Positions 54,811 to 64,000 of a stretch of 64,000 nt of DNA are shown here, piece after piece. Within the stretch, counting starts at the first letter, position 1; every line of letters begins with the position of its first letter. The stretch comes from Octopus sinensis. Lineage: Eukaryota. Position numbers and translations under genes: made by a program. The stretch lies in the NCBI RefSeq assembly GCF_006345805.1, contig NC_043007.1:682001-746000 (forward strand). Direction: 5' to 3'. The notes under the pieces are model-generated. The model searched no databases. It was not told the DNA's origin and saw nothing but the letters and a program-made list of their open reading frames with translations.

Positions 54811-55117
54811 GCTTGCTTGTTTCATGTTTGCTTCATACTCCTGTTTGAGGGCGCTGGGATCATCTCAGGTTAGTGACCCCACAGGTGTCATTGTTTTCAA
54901 GAAACAACCAGGTCCACCAGCATTCCCCATCACTGGCAGTCCTGTACCGGGTCTCTGCATCCTCCAAGGTGATGCTGAGTCCCTTAGAGATCTTCCGTAA
55001 TCATGTCTGACCATTTGGTGCCGGGTCTGCCATGGGGCCTCTTCCAGCCCACAGCTGCTGCATCAAAAGAGAGCACAGCCCTGGTAGGATGGTCTAGCAG
55101 AAACCAGAGAACACGTA
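54811..55117 (-). mobile_element. RTE-clade LINE 3' end inserted into a SINE
   Basis: Minus frame DHPTRAVLSFDAAAVGWKRPHGRPGTKWSDMITEDL resembles the RTE C-terminal W.RP.GRP...W.D motif. It is flanked by the head (54757-54810) and tail (55120-55290) of a plus-strand SINE. Confidence 0.8.
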
Positions 55118-55875
55118 TGTGCCGACAACCAGTGCTGGTTTGTTTATGTCCTCATGACTTAGCAGTTTGGCCAAAGAGACCACTAAAATAAGTACCAGAT
55201 TTAAAAAGAACTGCGGTTGATTTAATCAATTAAACCCTTCAAAGTGGTGCCCCAGCATGGCCACAGGCCATTGACAGAGCCAAGTAAAAGATGGACGATA
55301 CCGATATTTTTTTTATCGTTCAGCTAGTGTTAGGAACATAAATTGTGACTAAGGCTTGGTGGAAGATTTTAATTCAAAACTTATGAAAACAAGATTTTTG
55401 TACTTAGAATCAGAGTCGGTTTCAGCCAGGTTGGTCAAGAAAGGGTTAAAAATACCATGGTAACTTTAACCCTTTTGTTACCATATTGCTGTTGAAATGC
55501 TCTGTGTTTCTTTCAATTAATTCTAATTGGTAACGAAAGCTTATTTAAGCATACTATCAAGGCAAAGTAATTTAGTTCCGGGTATTAGTTCAATGTGACC
55601 GACTACTTACCACAGCACCAGCTGACTTTAGATAAACATCTGATACACCAGCACTCGACCTTTCTTACTAAACTCAATCTTTTACTATGGGGTTTTAGCA
55701 AAACCTCTGACACACGCCCTTCATATTAAATAGATATCCCAGTCTCATAGCTATCAGTTCAAATTTATTTTTGTATATTCTGATTCATAATTGCTATTGT
55801 TGTTGATGTTATCATTGTGATTGTGGCTAACAAACAGTTTATTATAGTATTGTTGTTGTTCAGTTCTATATTTAA

Positions 55876-56094
55876 CCCTTTAGCATTTAAACCGGCCATA
55901 TCCGGCCAAAATAGCTAATCTGTTTTATGTTCAAACTGACCAGATCCAGGCCCTCACACCTACCCTACAATGTAATTCTACATTAAGTAATTACACCATC
56001 AAGATCTTGAAGATATGCGATAATGCATGATTAATTCAAATCAATGGGAATCAATAAGCATTATGTTTGATAGAATAATCGGAACGCTAAAGGG
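55876..56094. mobile_element. piggyBac-type MITE
   Basis: TIRs ccctttagc / gctaaaggg, TTAA on both sides (55872-55875, 56095-56098). The empty-site sequence cagttctatatttaagagatgagg is seen uninterrupted at about 47216. Confidence 0.9.
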
Positions 56095-56153
56095 TTAAGA
56101 GATGAGGAATTATGTACATTATTTACATTTGATGGATATTTGTTCTCATTATA

Positions 56154-56234
56154 TGGCATAGTGGTTAGGAGCGCGGGCTACTAACCTCAAGATTCCCAGT
56201 TCGATTCCAAGCAGTAACCTGAATAATAATAATT

Positions 56235-56265
<31 letters not shown>

Positions 56266-56420
56266 TAACATTGAAAAATACCTTGGGAATGGGAACCTAG
56301 GTTTGAAATCTCCCAAAGACACCCGATGAAGGCTGGTGGGTGTATCAACCGAAACGTTGTGTTAGCAACAAATAAGATGAGGACAAATATCCATCAAATG
56401 TAAATAATGTAAATAATGCA
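56154..56420 (+). mobile_element. tRNA-headed element with (AAT)n linker and hammerhead-bearing PLE-type tail
   Basis: A box tggcatagtgg (56154-56164), B box agttcgattcc (56198-56208), (AAT)n, then GACAC CcGAUGA A GGCUG-gugggugu au-CAACC GAAAC GUU GUGUU (56318-56363). An inverted copy of its own tail lies upstream (55861-55875 plus 56099-56150). Confidence 0.8.
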
Positions 56421-57105
56421 TTGTTGTTATTGTTGTTTGTGCTTTCTCGAGCCATGCTCTGAGAGTGATGTGGGTGGTTTTTACATGCCACTGGCATGAG
56501 GGCCAGTCAGGTGGTACTGGCATCAACCATGCTCAAATGGTGCTTTTTATATGCCACCGGCACAAGGGCCAGTCAGGTGGCACTAGCAACGACCATGCTT
56601 GAATGGTGCCTTTTACGTGCCACCGCCACAGGACCAGTTAGGTGGGGCTGGCAACAATCACACTCAAACAATGCTTTTTACATGCCACCGGCACAGTTGC
56701 CAATCAGGGGGTACTGTCATCAGCCATGACAATCGCTACGACTATGTTGAAAAACACACCACATTTGGCCACCTCCTATGAGAGCATCTTCGTCAACCTG
56801 CAAACTTTTCAGCCAATCCTCGTAGTGCTTCTGTGCTTTGTTTTAGTTTTCACTTTCTTAACCGATTTTACTATTTCTTGTTTATTTTTTCCTTCATTTA
56901 TTCAACTGACAATCTACAAAATTTTTTTAAAGATTATTTTCAGATTTATATTTTCCTTCGGTTCTTTGCATTCTAAGATAAGTAAAAATCATATGACCAA
57001 CACAACGGATATACAATATTTCTGCCATTTTTGAAGAGAAATTACTCAATCTGTCATATATATATATAAATATATATGCATACATACATACATATATATA
57101 TATAT

Positions 57106-57152
<47 letters not shown>

Positions 57153-57162
57153 CATGTATATG

Positions 57163-57205
<43 letters not shown>

Positions 57206-57292
57206 GTAGAAATGTATTGATATACACATTAACACCATTTTCATGATTTATATAAATATACATACATATACACATATATATATACATATATA

Positions 57293-57323
<31 letters not shown>

Positions 57324-57868
57324 GTTTATATGTATATATGCATATATATATGTGTGTGTGTTTATATATATATATAAGCATATATACATTGGTTTCTTGT
57401 AACGGGAACATCTAAGGAAATACATTTAATATTCATGATGTGTCTTTGCATCCTAACATATCTCCATAAATCTCTTTTCTCAAAGAGACCATCATCATCA
57501 TCATCACCATATTTCATTCCCTAGCAACGTCTCACATGCCAAAACACACTTCCACAGTTCATCATCATCGTCATCATCATCATCATCACCACCACCATCA
57601 TCATCCTCATCATCCTCATCATCATAATCATTGTCATCATCTTTGTCATTGTCGTCATTGACATCATCCTTGTTGTTGTGGTAGACATAGCCATTCTTGT
57701 TGCTGACATTGTCATCATCTTCATCGTCTTTGTCATCATTACAGTCTTCATTGCCATCATTGATGCTGCTGACATCATCATCATCATCGTCATTGTTTCA
57801 GCATTAGTTGTAGCATCATCACAATCATCACTGTCATCATCATCATCATCACCACCACCACCACCACC

Positions 57869-57915
<47 letters not shown>

Positions 57916-59174
57916 TCACCCTTGTGCTTTTGTTGTCCCCCACATTCATGGATCGGATGAGTTTTAAAGCACTGAGCCTGTTCTCACAACTTGCTGCCCC
58001 TTTGTTTCCAGGGGCAACATGCACCAACTTGATAAAAAAAAAAAAGGGATGTCTTCCTCCCATCATTAGTCACATCACAGTATTGACAGAATACCTTTTG
58101 TCAAACCCCTAATGCTAAAGAGGTTATCTGCAGTTGGGTTAGAGGGTCCCCTCTCCCTTGTATCAATTATTTTACCTTTTTTGGTGGGGGGGAATTTCTG
58201 CACTCCAAAACAGGTTGCTCTTAATACAATTTCCAGAGTCCATGGCCCTTTCAGCTGTCCCTTACTATTTCTGGCTGTGTTTTTTTTTTTATCGCAGGTG
58301 GCATGTAAAAAGCACCGTTTGTGTCTGTCTGTCTATCTGTATGTATGTATGTATGTAGTATGTATGTATGTATGTATGAATGTATGTATGAATGTATGTA
58401 CATATGTGTATGTATTACCACACACTGCACATAAATATTGCTGTCTAACACAATGAAATCCACATCTCAGTAATCTAGTCCTAGTTCTTCACGAAAAAAT
58501 TTTGCTTGTTCTTTCTCCAGATTCAAAGATACGTAACAGCTTCCTGATATGAGAAATATTTAAATAATTCCAAAATACAAGATTGATTGCTCACAAACAA
58601 TGGAACCAAATATGGTCTGGTTCAACTCACTTCTCAACCAGAATGTTTCTTCCCAGGGAACAAATTTTCCTTTAAATTATTATACAATACTTCAAGCTAT
58701 AAACCCCAGAAAATATCAGACATCATACTTGACTACCGACAATCTTAAACACACATCAGCTAGTACTAACTGGGCTAAACTCCCTGCCTAACATAACATA
58801 GATTCTAGTAATCTTCACCTTTTGTTCCCTTACAGGAAATTGCTTGTCAATAGAATTATAATGCACTACTCTCCCTGCCAACTCAGCTAATATGCCATAC
58901 ATAAGCCAGACAGTTGTATCTTTTAAAAACTGATTTTATAAACATATCTATTCGTTCTGCAACTCCAATAGGCAAACAAATCTTTCTCATGTTCAATCTT
59001 GTCATTATAAGCTAGTAATACATCTAATTAAATCAACTGGGAAATGTTTCCTTTCACTAAAATGTGCTCAAGTATGAAAAAAAAAAAATACTTGTCAATT
59101 TTGTGTTTATGAATCTCCTGAAATTTTTTTCTCCAACCTATTCAGTAAACACTCAAATAACTATTGCAACATAT

Positions 59175-59610
59175 CATCATCATCGTTTAACGTCCGCTTT
59201 CCATGCTAGCATGGGTTGGACAAATGACTGAGGGCTGGCGAACCAGATGGCTGCACCAGGCTTCAATCTTGATCTGGCAGAGTTTCTACAGCTGGATGCC
59301 CTTCCTAACGCCAACCACTCCGAGAGTGTAGTGGGTGCTTTTACATGCCACCGGCACAGGTGCCAGTAAGGCAACGCTGGTAACGATCACGCTCGAATGG
59401 TGTCTTTTACATGCCACCGGCATGGAGGCCAGATAGCCACTCTGGCAACAATCACGCTCGGATGGTGCTCTTAATACCCTACTAGCACGGGGCCCGAGTG
59501 CCAGTAAGGCGACGCTGGTAACGATCAGGCTCAAATGGTGCCTTTTAAGTGCCACTGGCATGGAAGCCGGTTAGCCGCTCTGTCAATGATCACACTCGAA
59601 TGGTGCTCTT
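59175..59610 (-). mobile_element. SINE with (TGA)n tail and internal minisatellite
   Basis: catcatcatcgtttaacgtccgctttccatgctagcatgggttgg...ggatgcccttcctaacgccaacc followed by repeated tgccaccggcac units. Confidence 0.9.
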
Positions 59611-61451
59611 TTGATACTTTTTAATAGCTAACTCATTAACCACTCACTAAATAAGAAGGTAAGAAGTAACAACTCCAAGCAATCTTCTAAAACCATCCTA
59701 AGATCTCAATCTTTTTAACCCTACCCCTAACTTAACTTATTTTTGGTTACACAAACATTATCCCTTAACAACATAGTCAAATAAAAAGTAGCAATGTGGT
59801 ATCAAAGATTGACATTTTTGTCTTAACAGCAAAACAACCTTTTAACCTACAAACCATCATGGCATTCCTCAAGAGTGAGTTCATTTGGAGCTTAATTTCA
59901 TGCAATAAGACTACGATTTTTTGACCCAATTTGATATTCTAAAAATAATTTCCTGTTTTGTAACTTTGGTTTGGCACTAAGTCTACAAACCATATCATCT
60001 TGCTCTGAAATTAGGAAGACGCTTTCGTTCAATGTTATTCTATTCTAAACCCAAGCAATGATTGTCAGTGGTGGACTGGCCAGGTTGCCAGCTTACCCCA
60101 ATGGCAAGTGGGCCTCTATGCCATTAGGATCCATATATGGGGGCCCATGTTAGTATCTAAGGGGCCCATCCCCTCAAGTTTGAGAATTTTTTATTCACTC
60201 CTGGAAGAATGCATTAATTATTTCAACCTGGCTGTGTTTGTAGACAGTTGAAAAGAATACTTTTAGCAAAACGAAAAAATTAAATGATAACATTGTAGTT
60301 GTGGGTTGGCCCCTTTGTTATTGCAGAAAGAATAAAAAACAAGGTTGACTTTGATGGGATTTGATCTCAGAATGTAGAGATTTGGAACAAATACCTCAAG
60401 GCATTCTACTGAACACTCTACAGACTTGGCCAGATTTTGCCTCTTGAGTACACTACACCACATAGTTTCTTCTGCCATTACAGTACAGTACATTAGCCAA
60501 CTAATTACCAAGCCAAAATTATCAATCTCCATGTGCACTCATTAACCTCAACTAAGTTCATTGGAATCAAAAACCAGTGAAATCTAATCCTTTTGATAAC
60601 AGCCTGCATGAAACCATTCTTGGTTCCATGAAACAAATTCTATTTTAAAGTGTTCCAAATTAAAAGTTCCAATCAAAACTTCAAGCTAATTTATTTCCCA
60701 AACATCAGCTTAATAATGGCAAAGTTCTCTTAGTAAATTCTTCATTATGTTCAAAATTAATTAAAAACAAAGGCAGTTTAATTTTAACAGAAATATGGTG
60801 ACAAATGGGTTAATGCAAAACCATGAAACACATCGTAACCTTATAAAATAATCATAATTAAACCCTATACATTCATCATCATTAATTATTTACAAACAAC
60901 TTCGAATAATCTCATCAATCTCTGTTCGTTAATAGAACAACCTTGCCGTTCTCCAAGTTCATTAGAATCAGAAACCAATGTTTAGTGTAGAATCATGTAA
61001 CCCATCCTGACCATAAAATAGTTGCATCTAAATTACCTCCAGACCAATTACTGCTAATTATTTACAAGCAGTTTCTTATAACGATATCAAACTCCGTTCT
61101 CTCTTCGTTAGAACGGTTTGCCCGCTTCTGACCTTAACCTTCGATTGCGTTTTTTTTATTCTTTTATTTGTTTCAGTCAGTTGACTGTGGCCATGCTGGA
61201 GCACCGCCTTTTAGTCGAAGAAATAGACCCCTGGATTTATTCTTTCAAAGCCTAGTGCTTATTTTATCGGTCTTTTCTGTCGAACTGCTAAGTTATGGGG
61301 ATGTAGACACACCATTATCGGTTGTCAAGTGAAGGTGGGGTGACAAACGCAGACATAAACACATGCATATAAATACACACATCATCATCATGATGTGTGT
61401 GTATGTGTGTGTGTGATGCGTGTGTGTGTGTGTGTGTGCATGTGTGTGTGT

Positions 61452-61489
<38 letters not shown>

Positions 61490-61764
61490 ATGTGTGTGCA
61501 CACCAATTATTCCTCTTTCAAGCTTGCCTTTTCATGCATCAACCACAAAATCACAGAATTAAATTCATGATTCCTGACAGAGACTCCACTTCTGTGAAGA
61601 AATTGATTTTGGTTAAATTAATCAATGGCCTTATCTGGAGGAACACAAAGAAAGACCAAGAATTGAGTTTACTTCTTATTTTATAGACAAAGCTAAATGC
61701 CAGTCCATTATTGGTGGTTAGCAGAACAATCATCAAGATACAGTATTTTAACCATTCTACATGT

Positions 61765-62758
61765 CATCATCATCATCATCATCATTTAGCGTCCGTTTTC
61801 CATGCTAGCATGGGTTGGACGGTTCAACTGGGGTCTGGGGAGCCCGAAGGCTGCACCAGGCCAGTCAGATCTGGCAGTGTTTCTACAGCTGGATGCCCTT
61901 CCTAACGCCAACCACTCCGAGAGTGTAGTGGGTGATTTTATGTGCCACCGACACAGGTGCCAGACGAGGCTGGCGAACGGCCACGCTCGGATGGTGTTTT
62001 TATGTGCCACCGACACAGGTGCCAGACGAGGCTGGCAGACGGCCACGCTCGGATGGTGTTTTTATGTGCCACCGACACAGGTGCCAGATGAGGCTGGTGG
62101 ACGGCCATGATCGGATGGTGTTTGTTACGTCCCCAAAGCACGGAGGCCAGTCTATGCGGTACTGGCTACGGCCACGTTCGGATGGTTTTCTTGTGTGCCA
62201 CCGGCACTGGTACCGCAAAGATACAAATTCCATTGATGTTCATCTATTTTGATTTGTTTTGATTTGATTTGATTTTCACTTGCCTCAACAGGTCTTCACA
62301 AGTGTCACAAGAAGAAGGTATGCACAGGTGGACTGACTACGTCCCAGGTAGGGGCCACGGGTTATGGCCTGACTAGTCTTGCCGGGTCTTCGGATGGTGT
62401 TTTTATGTGCCACCGACACAGGTGCCAGATGAGGCTGGCGAACGGCCACGATCGGATGGTGTTTGTTGCGTGCCCACAGCACGGAGGCCAGTCGATGCGG
62501 TACTGGCTACGGCCACGTTCGGATGGTTTTCTTGTGTGCCACCGGCACTGGTACCACAAAGATACAAATTCCATTGATGTTCATCTATTTTGATTTGATT
62601 TGATTTGATTTTCACTTGCCTCAACAGGTCTTCACAGGTCTTCACAAGTGTCACAAGAAGGAAGGAAGGTATGCACAGGTGGACTGACTACGTCCCAAGT
62701 AGGGGCCACGGGTTATGGCCTGACTAGTACTGGTACCACAAAGATACAAATTCCATTG
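61765..62758 (-). mobile_element. SINE with expanded 62-bp minisatellite and 341-bp tandem duplication
   Basis: gtgccaccgacacagg starts at 61942, 62004, 62066 and 62407; 62066-62406 is repeated from 62407. Confidence 0.9.
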
Positions 62759-62879
62759 CAAAATTGATTAAACGACTTGCAACCAATTCTTACTAAACTG
62801 AACCGCTAACTTACCATTATGGTTATGAAACCAAATTTCCCATCAAATAATGAAACTTAAACCTTGAAAACTGCACTGT

Positions 62880-63035
62880 TTGGGAGCTGTGTGGTAAGTA
62901 GCTTGCTTATCAACTACGTTGTTCCAGGTTCAGTCCCACTGCATGACACTGTGGACAAGTGTCTTCTAATATAGCCTCGAGCCGACCAAAGCCTTGTGAG
63001 TGGATTTGTTAGACAGAAACTGAAAGAAGCCTGTC

Positions 63036-63040
<5 letters not shown>
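62880..63040 (+). mobile_element. tRNA-derived SINE 5' half
   Basis: gctgtgtggtaagtagcttgct...ccaggttcagtcccactg...gaaactgaaagaagcctg. Confidence 0.85.
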
Positions 63041-63102
<62 letters not shown>

Positions 63103-63209
63103 TACTGTGAATTTGTGTGTGTAATCTGGGAATGCATACAATGAGCTTCTCTGCCCTGGGTATACGGAAAACAAACGGCGAGAAACAGAAGAAAATTTGA
63201 GGAAATAAT

Positions 63210-63251
<42 letters not shown>

Positions 63252-63255
<4 letters not shown>

Positions 63256-63339
63256 TTGAAAAATACCTTTGGAATGAGAACCCAGGTTTGAAATTTCTCC
63301 AAGACACCTAATGAAGGCTGTCATATGTAAATAATGTAA
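63252..63339 (+). mobile_element. Deleted copy of the hammerhead-tail family
   Basis: aacattgaaaaatacc...aagacacctaatgaaggctg is joined directly to tcatatgtaaataatg; the GAAAC half is lost. Confidence 0.8.
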
Positions 63340-63551
63340 AATCTCTTTTTATTTTACGACCCCCAACAATCACAATTAAGAACAAAATCTAAGGCAGAAA
63401 ACCCATCACAAAGGTAGATTAGTAATTAACGATAATAAAATGGTGAATATGTTACTTATTGAAAGTGTAATGAAAATAAGAGGTACTTTAGCATCTTCTG
63501 TGTCAGGTAATGAATGCAAATGACATTTTTCCAGGGAGGTCTTTGGTCATT

Positions 63552-64000
63552 GAATCTTGATTGACATAGACTCTTGACTGACTAAAACTCTTGGTTGACT
63601 AAGACTCTTGATTGACTAAGACTCTTGATTGACTTAGACTCTTGATTGACTTAGACGCTTGATTGACTAAGACTCTTGATTGACTTATACTCTTGATTGA
63701 CTAAGACTCTTGATTGACTGAGACTCTTGATTGACTTAGACTCTTGATTGACTTAGACTATTAAGTGACTAAGACTCTTGATTGACTTAGACTCTTGATT
63801 GACTTAGACTCTTGAGTGACTATGACTCTTGATTGACTTCGACTCTTGATTGACTAAGACACTTGATTGACTTAGACTCTTGATTGACTAAGACTCTTGA
63901 TTGACTAAAAGTCTTGACTGACTAAGACTCTTGATTGACTAAGACTCTTGATTGACTTAGACTTTTGATTGACTGAGACTCTTGATTGACTAAGACTCTT
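63552..64000. repeat. 17-bp tandem minisatellite GACTCTTGATTGACT(A/T)A, at least 26 units, running off the window end
   Basis: Unit starts at 63552, 63569, 63586, 63603, 63620 and onward; no spacers. Confidence 0.97.

Noticed and set aside
56154-56225. tRNA genes at SINE heads (also 31441, 44195, 49745, 50960-51033)
   Set aside because: A and B boxes are present, but I could not fold complete cloverleaves, and each head runs into a SINE body.
56730-56824. Minus frame QKHYEDWLKSLQVDEDALIGGGQ looks protein-like
   Set aside because: The DNA (tacgaggattggctgaaaagtt...) resembles a mariner terminal sequence, so it is more likely a transposon end.
62320-62390. Possible HDV-like ribozyme (ctac-gtcccag-gtag hairpin; a similar motif on the minus strand near 13075-13100)
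   Set aside because: I could not assemble P1, P2, P4 and J4/2 consistently by eye; it needs a covariance-model search.
63552-64000. CRISPR-like regular repeat
   Set aside because: No unique spacers, eukaryotic context and no cas genes; it is a plain tandem minisatellite.

Overview
AT-rich, microsatellite-saturated animal genomic DNA. The SINE, LINE and MITE families and the repeat style point to an octopod cephalopod (Octopus-like); this is inference from repeat content. A 100-N assembly gap lies at 31584-31683. No host protein-coding gene can be recognised. The long ORFs in the six-frame track are read-throughs of simple repeats or transposon relics, and only a few unvalidated short exon candidates remain. 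The window is a mosaic of tRNA-derived SINEs, decayed LINE 3' ends (CR1-like, RTE), Penelope-like element (PLE) relics (RT with YRDD motif, GIY-YIG endonuclease), and DNA transposon derivatives (mariner, DD37D/maT-like, hAT, a piggyBac-type TTAA MITE, a Helitron-like element). The main signal that no ORF explains is a set of nine type I hammerhead-ribozyme motifs from five unrelated sequence families. They include a fully canonical one at 1421-1486 (-), two identical copies head-to-head in a 514-bp palindrome (39546-40059), a CUGUUGA core variant, and a family in which one copy sits behind a tRNA-like Pol III head. Ribozyme folds were assigned by eye; none is experimentally shown to cleave.
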